Source: an uncultured Spirochaetota bacterium (GTDB taxonomy: Bacteria; Spirochaetota; Brevinematia; Brevinematales; JAOACQ01). Taken from it: a DNA stretch of 64,000 nucleotides. Shown here piece by piece: positions 1 through 10,087 of the stretch. Below the pieces are notes generated by a model. That model ran no database searches and was not told the DNA's origin. It saw only the letters and a program-made list of their open reading frames with translations. The translations under genes were made by a program, and so were the position numbers. Location: contig CAWIGG010000004.1 of NCBI GenBank assembly GCA_963835575.1, positions 768,001 through 832,000 on the forward strand, read 5' to 3'. Within the stretch, counting starts at the first letter, position 1. Each line of letters begins with the position of its first letter.

Positions 1-1
1 T

Positions 2-3000
2 TTTTCCCCCAATTATGATGGTATTCAGGATGAAGTCCATTTGAACCTGAATATTAAGGACAACAAAATGGTGGACGGCTGGGAAGTCCAAATCCTGGAT
101 AAAAATAATAAACTAGTTAAAACATTCAAAAGTATGGACAAACCTCAGCTCAGGACATTAACTGTTGAAAAATTGTTAACCCAGATTTTTTCAAGTAAAC
201 AGCAGGTGGAGATACCAAAAGAGGTTGTCTGGAACGGACAGGATGAAAACGGCGTAAAAATGCCGGACGGAGAATATACATATGTCTTGAGGGCCTGGGA
301 TGAGAACAATAACATTGCAGAAACGCAGCCCGGAAAAATTATCATTGATACGGTTGTGCCGAAAATAGAGCCTGTTTTGACTAATATCATATTTTCCCCT
401 AATAATGACGGATCAAAAGATGAGCTTGTCATCAACATAAAAAGCTCTGATATCCAGACAGGCGATATCATTCAGGCCTTTATTCTGGACACAAAGAGCA
501 ATGTCGTCCGGTCTTATGAATATAAGGATTCTGCGCCAGGGCAGATTATCTGGGACGGCAGGGATAATCAAACCAATCTTGCGCCTGAAGGCGAATACAG
601 TTTTTATATCATAGCTCTGGATAAAGCGGGAAACAGAACGGAAAGAACTATTTCTGATATTCAATTGGTCACAAATTATCAGAAAGTAACTATCGATTCA
701 AGTGATGCCGCCTTTTCACCAAATAACGATGGAATAAAAGATACTGTAACTTTTCATCAAAAAGCTTCTGACAGCAAAGGGCTCGAAAAATGGAGCCTTA
801 AAATTTATGATGCTTCTTCCGATGTAGTCAAAGAATTTAACGGCGAAAAAAATCTTCCGGAAGAAATTGTGTGGGACGGCAGGGATAAAAAGAACGCTGT
901 CCTGCCGGATGGTATTTATTCTTATGACCTTCAGCTCATTTTTGACAGCGGCAACCATCCCATAACTGAAAGAAAATCGGTAAGGATTGATACTACTCCG
1001 CCGGCGATTGTGATCAAACCGGAATACCTGTCTTTCTCGCCCAATAATGACGGGAAACAGGATACCATTACATTCTATAATACGATTGAAGGCGATGATG
1101 ACGATAATCTGGAAATAAAAATAATTGATTCCTCAGGCAACGCAGTATATTACAATTCATACAAAAAGAAGGATTTTCCGAAGGAATTTGTCTGGAACGG
1201 CCTGGATAAGGACCTGAAGCCGCTTCCCGAGGGAAAATATACCTATCTTGTAGAAGGAACGGACAGCGTTGGAAATAAAAACTCTAAAAAAATAGCTAAC
1301 ATTCTTTTAAAGACAGGGCTTGAGAAAGTGACTGTACAGAGCGATGTTTTCGCGTTTTCACCTAAGAGTAACGATGTAAATAAAGTCGTTTTTACTCCTA
1401 CCGTAACTTCAAAAGACGGAATTACAGAGTTTACATTCACGATCCGTGATGATAAGAATAATACGGTCAGGACATATAAAACAAATCAGTATATAAACCG
1501 TATTGAATGGGAAGGGAAGGATAATTACAGGAATTCAGTCAGGGACGGATTGTATTCGTACCAGCTGAAAGTTAAATATAATTACGGGGATGAACCTGTT
1601 TCTGCCGTAAAATATGTTAAAGTGGATACTAAAGCCCCGGAAATCACTCTGAAGGCCGATGATTCAATCTTTTCTCCCAATGGGGACGGAAATAAGGAAA
1701 CATTTATCATTCACCAGACCAATCTGGGAGAGCCCGGCGATTTATACGAGGCGAAGATCATGGACCCGAGCGGAAAAGCTGTCAAATCTTTCAAATGGCC
1801 TGGGACTATTCCTCCGGAATTGGTCTGGGACGGTCTGGATGATAAAGGAAGCCCTGTGGATGAAGGTATTTATAAATATGAAATTTCCGGAATCGACAGC
1901 GCTGATAATAGAACGGTAAAAACGATTGACAGGATCAAATTGGTGCGGAGCTTTGAAAGGCTTATTTTTACAAGCGATATCAAAGCATTCTCGCCGAACG
2001 GCGACGGGATTCTGGATGTTGTCAAATTCAATCAAACGCTCTCTTCAAGGGAAGACTTAATAGAATCCGCATTGACTGTTTATGATTCAACCGGCAACGG
2101 GATCAGGCGTTTTACCAATAAGACGAATCTGGAAAATGAAATCGCCTGGGACGGGAAAAATGACAGCGGGATAATACAGCCTGACGGTTATTATCTGGCC
2201 GAAATGAAATGCCGGTTTGCCAGCGGGAATTTGATCGGGTCGGTCATATCCAATATCCTGCTTGACAGGACGCCGCCGGCTTATAAGCTGACAATAAGTC
2301 CCGATCTGTTTACGCCGGACAACGACGGTGAAAACGATGTGCTCTTTATCAATCTGGAATTAAATGACATGGCCGGGATCAAAAACTGGGAAATGAATAT
2401 TTATAAAAAGCTGGATAACGGCGCGTACGGGCGGCTTTTCAAAAAGTTTTCAGGTTCTAAAGACACGAAACAGCTGATCCAGTGGGACGGATACAGCGAT
2501 GATAAACAGGACCTGGTGGAAGCCGTTCAGGATTATATACTGGAATTAAAGGCCGAGGATAATGTCGGTAACAAGCTTACAAACGTAATCAGGGAGATAC
2601 CTGTCGGCGTTCTTGTGGAAAAGACGCCTGAAGGCTTGAGGATCAGGGTGAGCAGTATCCAATTTGATTTTGATAAAGCGGACCTGGCCGGCAGCGGGCC
2701 GAAGAACCTGGATAAAGTCATTTATATCATCAGGAAGATCCTTTCCGACCCGAAGAAATACGGCATCACCGAGAATTACAGGATTGAGATCGGCGGTCAT
2801 ACCGATGATATCGGCACTGATGAATACAACGAAAAACTTTCGCAGAAGAGGGCTTATACGGTTTATAATTACCTTGTTGAAAAAGATGTCGATCCCAAAA
2901 TATTGACTTATGTCGGATATGGAAAGTCAAGGCCGTATAAAATCATTACAGCGGATATGTCAAAAGAAAAGAAAGAGGATTACCGTGCCCGGAATAGAAG

Positions 3001-3025
3001 GGTAGAGTTTTTTATCAGGAAGTAA
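2..3025 (+). CDS. Large envelope protein with about 8 FlgD-Ig-like repeats and a C-terminal OmpA-like peptidoglycan-binding domain (5'-partial)
   Basis: Frame is open from position 2 (FSPNYDG...). Repeated unit FSPNxDG..D...WDG.D...PDG.Y; C-terminal GHTDDIG...NEKLSQKRA...RARNRRVEF. Confidence 0.85.
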   Translation, partial: FSPNYDGIQDEVHLNLNIKDNKMVDGWEVQILDKNNKLVKTFKSMDKPQLRTLTVEKLLTQIFSSKQQVEIPKEVVWNGQDENGVKMPDGEYTYVLRAWDENNNIAETQPGKIIIDTVVPKIEPVLTNIIFSPNNDGSKDELVINIKSSDIQTGDIIQAFILDTKSNVVRSYEYKDSAPGQIIWDGRDNQTNLAPEGEYSFYIIALDKAGNRTERTISDIQLVTNYQKVTIDSSDAAFSPNNDGIKDTVTFHQKASDSKGLEKWSLKIYDASSDVVKEFNGEKNLPEEIVWDGRDKKNAVLPDGIYSYDLQLIFDSGNHPITERKSVRIDTTPPAIVIKPEYLSFSPNNDGKQDTITFYNTIEGDDDDNLEIKIIDSSGNAVYYNSYKKKDFPKEFVWNGLDKDLKPLPEGKYTYLVEGTDSVGNKNSKKIANILLKTGLEKVTVQSDVFAFSPKSNDVNKVVFTPTVTSKDGITEFTFTIRDDKNNTVRTYKTNQYINRIEWEGKDNYRNSVRDGLYSYQLKVKYNYGDEPVSAVKYVKVDTKAPEITLKADDSIFSPNGDGNKETFIIHQTNLGEPGDLYEAKIMDPSGKAVKSFKWPGTIPPELVWDGLDDKGSPVDEGIYKYEISGIDSADNRTVKTIDRIKLVRSFERLIFTSDIKAFSPNGDGILDVVKFNQTLSSREDLIESALTVYDSTGNGIRRFTNKTNLENEIAWDGKNDSGIIQPDGYYLAEMKCRFASGNLIGSVISNILLDRTPPAYKLTISPDLFTPDNDGENDVLFINLELNDMAGIKNWEMNIYKKLDNGAYGRLFKKFSGSKDTKQLIQWDGYSDDKQDLVEAVQDYILELKAEDNVGNKLTNVIREIPVGVLVEKTPEGLRIRVSSIQFDFDKADLAGSGPKNLDKVIYIIRKILSDPKKYGITENYRIEIGGHTDDIGTDEYNEKLSQKRAYTVYNYLVEKDVDPKILTYVGYGKSRPYKIITADMSKEKKEDYRARNRRVEFFIRK

Positions 3026-3036
3026 TGGATCATAAA

Positions 3037-3107
3037 AAACCCCCGCCCCTCACCTTTTTGTCCGGCCGCACCGGTGAAGCTGACAAAAAGGTGAGGGGCG
3101 GGGGTTT
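3037..3107. terminator. Bidirectional terminator-like hairpin with a 26-bp perfect stem
   Basis: aaacccccgcccctcacctttttgtc (3037-3062) and its exact reverse complement (3082-3107) lie between convergent genes. Confidence 0.75.
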
Positions 3108-3116
3108 GTATTTTTA

Positions 3117-3587
3117 TTAGAAATGAATTCTCATACCGAGACGGATATTAACCGCCAAAGATAAAGTTGGAACGAAATAAACGAGCGGTGCGACTTCGGC
3201 GAATATCTCAAACTTTTCAACAGGCCAGATTTGAAGTCCGATAGGAAGCCTGGCTCCGAAGGAAAATGCAGAACCCTGACCGCCTGTTGCAAAACCGACA
3301 AAACCGCCGATCCCAAGGTAATAATCAAGGGCCCCGCCCAGATGTGCATTGATAACCCAGTAATCGCAGCTGACCGAAATCATACCTGGATTCCCGAACA
3401 TCCATTCAGCGCCGAGAACAGGGAATTGGCCGAATTTTAAAGTCAGACCGAGGCCTGAGCCGAACTGGCCGGTACCGCTTCCTACTAAATTACCGTAAAT
3501 ACCGACTCCTGTCATGCTTGAGCCGGCAAAAAGACCGCCGGACGCGATCAAAAACACCAGACAAACCGCTAATCCTATTCTTTTCAT
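3117..3587 (-). CDS. Small outer-membrane beta-barrel protein (DUF3996/BAPKO_0422-like)
   Basis: Signal peptide, Gly/aromatic amphipathic strands, GARLPIGL...EIFAEVAP, C-terminal Phe. Confidence 0.6.
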   Translation of the reverse strand: MKRIGLAVCLVFLIASGGLFAGSSMTGVGIYGNLVGSGTGQFGSGLGLTLKFGQFPVLGAEWMFGNPGMISVSCDYWVINAHLGGALDYYLGIGGFVGFATGGQGSAFSFGARLPIGLQIWPVEKFEIFAEVAPLVYFVPTLSLAVNIRLGMRIHF

Positions 3588-3715
3588 TATTTCCCTCCAT
3601 TAATTTCGTCAATAAGGTTAATATTTTATAAGAAACAGTGTAAATGTCAAATAAATATAATAATTTAATATAAATAATTCCGGTTATTATTATTCACTCA
3701 CATTGATATATATTA

Positions 3716-4045
3716 TTAGTCTACAATGAATACTTTCGCGCCGTTTTCTGTACGGGCTTTATGAGCGTCGATATCATCCGCGACCTGGAAGCTCATTCCT
3801 TTTTTTAGTTCATATATTCTGCCGTCTTCAATTTCCATTGTAAAATCCCCTTCCAGTAAAAAAGCGACATGCCCTCTTTTGCACCAGTGGTCCGCTTTAT
3901 AGCCGGCGGAGTATTCAATATACCTCGCCCGGATATTGCCCTGTTCAAATGTTCTGGAAACAGCGCTGCCGCTTTCGCCTAGAATGGTCTGAGGGCTGAT
4001 TTTGCTCCAGTCTGTTATGGAAAAAGGAACATTTTCGATTTTCAT
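3716..4045 (-). CDS. DHCW-motif cupin fold protein
   Basis: YSAGYKADHWCKRGH...LEG motif; GGAGG RBS. Confidence 0.85.
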   Translation of the reverse strand: MKIENVPFSITDWSKISPQTILGESGSAVSRTFEQGNIRARYIEYSAGYKADHWCKRGHVAFLLEGDFTMEIEDGRIYELKKGMSFQVADDIDAHKARTENGAKVFIVD

Positions 4046-4197
4046 TAATTGCTGCCTCCTTAAACCTTTTGTTTATATTTATCAGTTAGAGTTAGCTTTC
4101 AAGTGCTTATTTCTTGCAAGTCAAAAACCCTTAACACCGGCAGGAACAACCGGATTGATTAATTTTTAAATTTTAGAGACTGTCTTTGTTTTATTAA

Positions 4198-4740
4198 TCA
4201 GATATATTTTTTCCGGAGATCATCGACAAGTTTTATATATTTTTCATGGATCATTCGCCTGTCAAATTCCAGGAAATTATTAAGCATTGTATTAAGTTCT
4301 GTTTCATTAAAATATTTTTCTGTATTGGGAAAGAATATTTTATCTTCTTTCTGAATATGCCGGGGATAGAAGTCGATCAACCATTTCATATTTCTCAGAA
4401 TTTCATTAAAAACATCGTTTTTACCGTTAATATATTTTTCATTTGTCTCAATGATTTCTTTGACAGTATTTCGAGCTTCTTGATGTTCCCTGATTAAATC
4501 ATCCATCATTGCTTGATCATTCGCGGACAGGTCTTTTTTTTCAAGTTCTTTAAAAAGAATGTCCTCTTCTTTGCCATGATGTGTCCGATCGGCGTAAGTT
4601 TTTATGAAATCGACAGCGGTATTGATAAATACCGGGTCAATAATTCTGTTATTTTGCACTCTTTCTATTTCTTTTATAATTATCACAAGCATTTTTTCTA
4701 TCAGCCGGTGCTCGATCATAAGCTGGCCTCTTGGTTTCAT
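4198..4740 (-). CDS. Hemerythrin-domain protein
   Basis: EHRLI...DRTHHGKEEDILF...EHQEAR...HIQKED. Start moved to MKPRG, which follows a GGAGGT RBS. Confidence 0.85.
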   Translation of the reverse strand: MKPRGQLMIEHRLIEKMLVIIIKEIERVQNNRIIDPVFINTAVDFIKTYADRTHHGKEEDILFKELEKKDLSANDQAMMDDLIREHQEARNTVKEIIETNEKYINGKNDVFNEILRNMKWLIDFYPRHIQKEDKIFFPNTEKYFNETELNTMLNNFLEFDRRMIHEKYIKLVDDLRKKYI

Positions 4741-4756
4741 AAATACCTCCTGAGGT

Positions 4757-5317
4757 TTATTGGGTTTTTCCAGATAGAGAAAGCGTCTTATTAACCAGTT
4801 GTCTGAGCTGATCCTCAATTGTTTTATTATTAAGGAAGCCGTCTTTATCAAAGGCGCTTTCGGCCATGGTCACAAAAACCTGCGGCTGGGGAAGCGTAGT
4901 CAGGTTGACGGCGGTCAGAATCTGCCGGAGCTGAAACTGCCCCCTGATGGTGCCCATAGGTCCGGTGGAAGCGCCGAACAGCGCCGCTGTTTTGCCGTCG
5001 AACGGATTGAGTACTTTTCTTGAGACCCAGTCGATCGCGTTTTTCAAAGCGCCTGAGATCGAATAGTTGTATTCCGGGGAAGCAAAAAGAAAAACGTCGC
5101 TTTTCTGAACTTCCATAATTAATTTTTCCGCCCCTTCGGGAAAACCCAGTAAATGAATATCATAATTATAAAAGGGAAGATTTAATTCATTTAAATCGGC
5201 AATAGCCGTATCAGCGCCGGCTTCTCCGGCAAATCTTAATGCCAATTTTAAAAGCTTCATATTATAGGATTCTTTTCTCAGACTGCCGCAGATTCCCAGG
5301 ACCCTTAATTTTTTCAT
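4757..5317 (-). CDS. NADPH-dependent FMN reductase (ChrR/SsuE-like)
   Basis: GSLRKESYN and SPEYNYSISGALKNAIDW motifs. Confidence 0.9.
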   Translation of the reverse strand: MKKLRVLGICGSLRKESYNMKLLKLALRFAGEAGADTAIADLNELNLPFYNYDIHLLGFPEGAEKLIMEVQKSDVFLFASPEYNYSISGALKNAIDWVSRKVLNPFDGKTAALFGASTGPMGTIRGQFQLRQILTAVNLTTLPQPQVFVTMAESAFDKDGFLNNKTIEDQLRQLVNKTLSLSGKTQ

Positions 5318-5745
5318 TCCAATCTCCTTCCCATTGATTTGACCTGGTCGAATTTAAAACCGTTTTTTATATAAAAATCGGTTACGCCTAAATTTGTGTC
5401 CCGGACCTGCAGGTTGACCTTCGGGCAGCCCAAACCTTTTAATTTATCGACGGCATAATTTAAAAGAAGCGAACCAGCGCCGCGCTTCTGAAATTCCGGG
5501 AGAATTCCCAGGTAGTTGATCCAGCCCCTGTGCCCGTCATATCCCGCCATAACGGTCCCGACAATTTTATCATTTAATTCACAGATGAAAAAAAGCTCCG
5601 GCTGGAATTCCATCTTTTTCTGTATGTCTTTTACCGGATCATTCTGCGGAGAAAGGAGACGGCATTTATCCCAGACTTCAATAACAGCTTCACGATCATC
5701 CGGCTTGTAATTTCTTATTTTAAAATCCTCATCCATATTAATCAA
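5314..5745 (-). CDS. GNAT acetyltransferase (YpeA-like)
   Basis: GTVMAGYDGHRGWINYL...QKRGAG...GCPKVNLQVR. Confidence 0.85.
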   Translation of the reverse strand: MINMDEDFKIRNYKPDDREAVIEVWDKCRLLSPQNDPVKDIQKKMEFQPELFFICELNDKIVGTVMAGYDGHRGWINYLGILPEFQKRGAGSLLLNYAVDKLKGLGCPKVNLQVRDTNLGVTDFYIKNGFKFDQVKSMGRRLE

Positions 5746-6226
5746 CCTCTTTTTTCATAAAACAGACAGTAAAAGGAAGATGCTGAAATTTCTTAATGCC
5801 GGTTTCAGTAAAGCCGTATTTGATGTACCAGTCTTTCAATCTTTTATTCTCATTCACAATCCCGATGGATACGATCCGGCCTTTATTATCTTTTATGATA
5901 TTAAAGGCATGGTCCATCAGCTCTCTGCCGTATCCTTTATGCCTGTATTCGGGCAATACGGACAGCCGTTCAATATAAAACATTTGATTATCGTCTTTAG
6001 ATTTTTCAACGGCAATACAGCCGATTAAAATATTTCCGTTAAATAATCCATAAAAGGATGTTCCTTTTAATATTGATTCTTTTACATTTTCAAAATCAAT
6101 ATAAGCAGGATTGGTCGGCGCGTTTTCCGGTGTGAAATGAAATTCATCCGCGACTGTTTTAAAAGAACTATTAATGACGCCGGTACAAATTTTAAGTTCT
6201 TGATCAGTATCTAATTTCTTAATCAT
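5738..6226 (-). CDS. GNAT acetyltransferase
   Basis: ERLSVLPEYRHKGYG acetyl-CoA motif; WYIKYGF. Confidence 0.85.
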   Translation of the reverse strand: MIKKLDTDQELKICTGVINSSFKTVADEFHFTPENAPTNPAYIDFENVKESILKGTSFYGLFNGNILIGCIAVEKSKDDNQMFYIERLSVLPEYRHKGYGRELMDHAFNIIKDNKGRIVSIGIVNENKRLKDWYIKYGFTETGIKKFQHLPFTVCFMKKEVD

Positions 6227-6303
6227 ATATATTAATCCGATAAATTCTAATACATGATCCTGCTAATTACAAATTATTATTTTGTATTCTGAAATGGATT
6301 TCA

Positions 6304-7032
6304 TTAGATTGATTTTTTTAGGACGTAAATTGTCCATGGCGCGATTCCGGTTTCGTTGACCCATTGATACAGTTCTTCTTCTTCTTTTCCCAGAGGTTTA
6401 TATGTTTTAACTGAATCCAATCCTGCTTTTTTGTAGACATCCAGATAATCTTTTTCGGGCCAGAAGATGTCCTCGACAGGCCTTTTATCCTCTACGTCTT
6501 TCATAATGATTCTAACTTTATCCCCGCATTTCGCCTTTTTATTCTCCGGAAAGTCATTCGTTGTAAAAGATGCCCATTCGTATAGATATATTTCAGGGGA
6601 TGATACCAGATTGATTATCCTTCCGCCGCTGTTCAATAAATTACCTAATTTATTGAACAATTCTATTTTTTCCTCCCACCCGGGAATATTGTCAAAGGTA
6701 AATGCTGAAAGTACTAGGTCATAAGCATTTTGCTCTAATCTGCTGAAATTGTTATTTTTAATTAGATGATATTCCCCGGCCGGATCAAGTTCCACCGCTT
6801 TTTTTATCATTTCTTCCGATATATCGATACCGGCAGTTTTAAATGAATGTTTTTCTAAAAACCTTGTGGATCGTCCTGTCCCGCACCCGAAGTCTACTGC
6901 GTTCCGGCCAAGGATGTGTGAGGATATGATCTGCGGCAGATCCCTGTATGCCAGATAATAAGTACCGGGAAATCCCAGTCTGGAGTAGGAATCGGCCCGT
7001 CTGATATCCTCCCATACATTATTAAATTCCAT
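6304..7032 (-). CDS. Class I SAM-dependent methyltransferase
   Basis: VDFGCGTG motif and GIDISEEM. Start moved to MEFNN, which follows an AAGGAG RBS. Confidence 0.85.
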   Translation of the reverse strand: MEFNNVWEDIRRADSYSRLGFPGTYYLAYRDLPQIISSHILGRNAVDFGCGTGRSTRFLEKHSFKTAGIDISEEMIKKAVELDPAGEYHLIKNNNFSRLEQNAYDLVLSAFTFDNIPGWEEKIELFNKLGNLLNSGGRIINLVSSPEIYLYEWASFTTNDFPENKKAKCGDKVRIIMKDVEDKRPVEDIFWPEKDYLDVYKKAGLDSVKTYKPLGKEEEELYQWVNETGIAPWTIYVLKKSI

Positions 7033-7066
7033 GTTATAATTCTCCTTTTTATGCTGTTGAATTATA

Positions 7067-7525
7067 TCAATCCAGTGTTTTGACGAAATTTGCAAAAGCG
7101 GTTCTCTCCGTAAATCCCTGTTTTTTATAAAAATCCCTTTTATATCCTTCCGATTCTTTCGGGTTATTGAGCATCATCCGGACGCAGTTCTTTTCTTTAG
7201 CAAACAGTTCTGCCTGTAAAAGCAGACATTTTCCTATGCCTTTTCCCCTCATGTTTTCTCCGATCAATAAATCGGAAACATATGTTTCCTTTCCTGCTAT
7301 CATTGGATAATGGATCAGATGAAAAATGATATATCCTGCAGCAGTGTCTTCAGAATTCAGATAGACAAGGATTCTTGTATTCTTTTGATGCAAAGCGTTG
7401 TGAAAAGCCAGGCTTATTTCCTTCTTTTTGGATTCATTAAAATCTGGATCGAGACTGCGTTTATAGCTGAATACAATATTGACAAGCGCGGGGATATTTT
7501 TCCTAACCAGTTTTCTGATTTTCAT
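7067..7525 (-). CDS. GNAT acetyltransferase
   Basis: DLLIGENMRGKGIG motif; FYKKQGF. Confidence 0.8.
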   Translation of the reverse strand: MKIRKLVRKNIPALVNIVFSYKRSLDPDFNESKKKEISLAFHNALHQKNTRILVYLNSEDTAAGYIIFHLIHYPMIAGKETYVSDLLIGENMRGKGIGKCLLLQAELFAKEKNCVRMMLNNPKESEGYKRDFYKKQGFTERTAFANFVKTLD

Positions 7526-7570
7526 TTATTTTTCCTCATTTTTAAAATATTATTATCAACATAATTTTAT

Positions 7571-8335
7571 TTACCATTTTTTCATCTTTTTCAGCATTTC
7601 CTCTAAACATTGAGGCAATATAAAATTCAGATAGGAGACACCCGCTTCGCTCGGGCCGCCCGGATGGGCAACCCTGCGGACCAGTTCCGCCGCATCGATC
7701 CGGTCCTGATCCTGAAGCATGATGGTGCCCAGGAATGTCTCCCGGACAATACGCCTGCAGATTTCCCGGTCGTAATTCCGGTGTTTTGAAAGCGTGTCGG
7801 CTATGAGTTCCATGATAGTTGCGTAGAGTGCCGGGCCGCAGCTGGATATGGCGGAGTAATAAGGCATGTCTTCAGGTCTTGTCTCATAAACATTTCCCGC
7901 CATGCTTAATAATTCAATGACGGCGGACCGGTCGGAAGCTTCCATCATCCGGGAAAAATTGATCAGAGTCACGCCTTTTCCGGCAGGCATATTGACATTG
8001 GGAAGCGTCTCTGCCCAGCGGTCAGTATAAGAATCCAGCGGTATTCCTGAAGTGCAGGTGACAATAATGGGCTTGAGCTTTTGTATTACAGCCTCGTTAT
8101 TTTTCAGGACCTCTGCAGCATCAGGCCCTTTTGTCCATAGAAAAATAATGCCGCAATGTTCAAAAATATCTTTTTCAGAATCGCAGAGCTTGATGCTCTT
8201 GACTTTTAAAGCCAGTTCTCTGGCTTTATCCTGATTCCGGCTATAACCGAATAGAACAATATCTTTTTTTGCCCGGTCAAGGCCGCGGGCCAGGGCCGAA
8301 CCGAGACGCCCCAATCCGATAATTCCTATTATCAT
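7571..8335 (-). CDS. Pyrroline-5-carboxylate reductase family protein (divergent ProC paralog)
   Basis: Rossmann GIIGLGRLG, LPN motif, AISSCGPA, VAHPGG. Confidence 0.7.
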   Translation of the reverse strand: MIIGIIGLGRLGSALARGLDRAKKDIVLFGYSRNQDKARELALKVKSIKLCDSEKDIFEHCGIIFLWTKGPDAAEVLKNNEAVIQKLKPIIVTCTSGIPLDSYTDRWAETLPNVNMPAGKGVTLINFSRMMEASDRSAVIELLSMAGNVYETRPEDMPYYSAISSCGPALYATIMELIADTLSKHRNYDREICRRIVRETFLGTIMLQDQDRIDAAELVRRVAHPGGPSEAGVSYLNFILPQCLEEMLKKMKKW

Positions 8336-8345
8336 AAATTTCTCC

Positions 8346-9836
8346 TTAAACCAATTTATTATTTATTGAATATAATTCTTTTAAAGCAAGAGAAAGACGG
8401 CGGATCCCTTCCCGGATTTCATCTTCATTTAATTTGGACAGATTTAATCGCAGACAGCATTTCGGCGGCCTGCCGGTAAAATACTGATCGCCGGACGATG
8501 CCTTCACTCCATGTTTTAATAGAACAGGAATAACACTGTCCGCGCTTTGAACGATATTATTCATGACAAGCCAGATGAGGAATCCGCCCATCGGACGGTC
8601 CCATTGTATATCCGGCCGGTTGATTTCCTTTTCCATGGCTTCGAGAGCCGTTTTCATTCTCCTTTTAAAAACCCTGTTGGTTTTAATAAGATGCTGTTCA
8701 TAATACCCGCGTCTGCAGAATTCGTCCAGGGCCGCTTCCGACAGGATGTTTCCGCAAATGCTGGTGGTTTCCCTCAATTTCCCGATCCTCCGGATACATT
8801 CCTCCGGCGCTGCTATCCATCCAACCCGTAAACCAGGGGAAAGGATTTTTGAAAAAGTCCCGACATAGAGTACAATCCCATTCCTGTCCATGGATTTAAC
8901 AGGAAGCGTCACTTTTCCCCAGTATTTCATTTCTTCGTCAAAACCGTCCTCAATAATGGGGACATTATACTGCTCGCATAGCGCCAGCAGTTCCTCCCGG
9001 TGCTTCTGGGAAGTACTGATCCCCGTGGGGTTTTGAAAATCCGGAATAGTATAAAGAAAACCGATTGAACCTTCTTTCAGACGTTCATTCAGTATTTTCA
9101 GATCCAGCCCGTCAGTTTTCATGGGTACCGGTGAAGCGTCAATTTCATGGATTTTGAGCAGATTAAGGAATTTTGCATAAGTGGGGGATTCAACAGCCGC
9201 TTTTTTACCGGTTTTAGAAAAAATAAGACAGATGAGGTTAAGGGCTTCCTGAGCGCCGTTTGTTATGATGATCTCATCCGGAGTGACAGAGATGGAATGC
9301 TTTTTCAGCCGTTCGGCGATGCTTTCCCTCAGAGGATAATAGCCGTAAGGATGACCGTAGCTCAGGAGGGCGCTGTTATTTTTAGATAAAACACTCCGGA
9401 TACAGCGGGTAAAATCCTGAATGGGCATCAAACGCCTGTCAAAATCAATCAGATTAAAATCTATAATATCATCTTTTTTTTCAGGCTGAAAGGCTGGACC
9501 GAAATCCCCTATCAGGGAAGAATCATCCATTTCACTCAGAGATCTCCAGTCGAGACGGCTTTTTGAGGATTTTGATTCAATATCTGCAACTTTCTGACGG
9601 CGGCAAACTCTTGTGTAGGAGCCGGGAGAGCTTTTTAAATAACCCAGGGCAGTCAGTTCTTCATAAGCATTGGTCACCGTTGAACGGTTAATTCCCATTT
9701 TTTCGGCAAGGACACGGCTTGGCGGAAGTATTTCTCCAGCCAGGATTGCTCCTGAATCGATCAATTGTCTGATCCGGCCGATGATCTGCTGATAGACGGG
9801 AACAGGCGAATCCTTATTTATCGAAATTAACAGCAT
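8346..9836 (-). CDS. MocR/GabR-family GntR regulator with PLP-dependent aminotransferase domain
   Basis: N-terminal PVYQQI...LPPSRVLA...INRSTV HTH; PDFQNPTG; GTFSKILSPGLRVGW. Start placed at MLLISI after GGAGG. Confidence 0.9.
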   Translation of the reverse strand: MLLISINKDSPVPVYQQIIGRIRQLIDSGAILAGEILPPSRVLAEKMGINRSTVTNAYEELTALGYLKSSPGSYTRVCRRQKVADIESKSSKSRLDWRSLSEMDDSSLIGDFGPAFQPEKKDDIIDFNLIDFDRRLMPIQDFTRCIRSVLSKNNSALLSYGHPYGYYPLRESIAERLKKHSISVTPDEIIITNGAQEALNLICLIFSKTGKKAAVESPTYAKFLNLLKIHEIDASPVPMKTDGLDLKILNERLKEGSIGFLYTIPDFQNPTGISTSQKHREELLALCEQYNVPIIEDGFDEEMKYWGKVTLPVKSMDRNGIVLYVGTFSKILSPGLRVGWIAAPEECIRRIGKLRETTSICGNILSEAALDEFCRRGYYEQHLIKTNRVFKRRMKTALEAMEKEINRPDIQWDRPMGGFLIWLVMNNIVQSADSVIPVLLKHGVKASSGDQYFTGRPPKCCLRLNLSKLNEDEIREGIRRLSLALKELYSINNKLV

Positions 9837-10087
9837 TTTTCCTCCTGAGCATTCATGATAAGATAAAAAATGGACTTTGTAAACGGCCAATTTATTATTA
9901 TTATAAACCAGCCAATTATTGAAAATATTTTTTAATTTTGTAAATATTTATTTTAGCCGTATGATAAAAAATAATAAATCATTGATACAGGATATTACTT
10001 TATTTTTTTTACTTATTTGAATAAAATCTTTATATTTAATGAATCAGGAAATTCATGAATGTTGTTATAAAAAAAGAGGAGGCCTTT

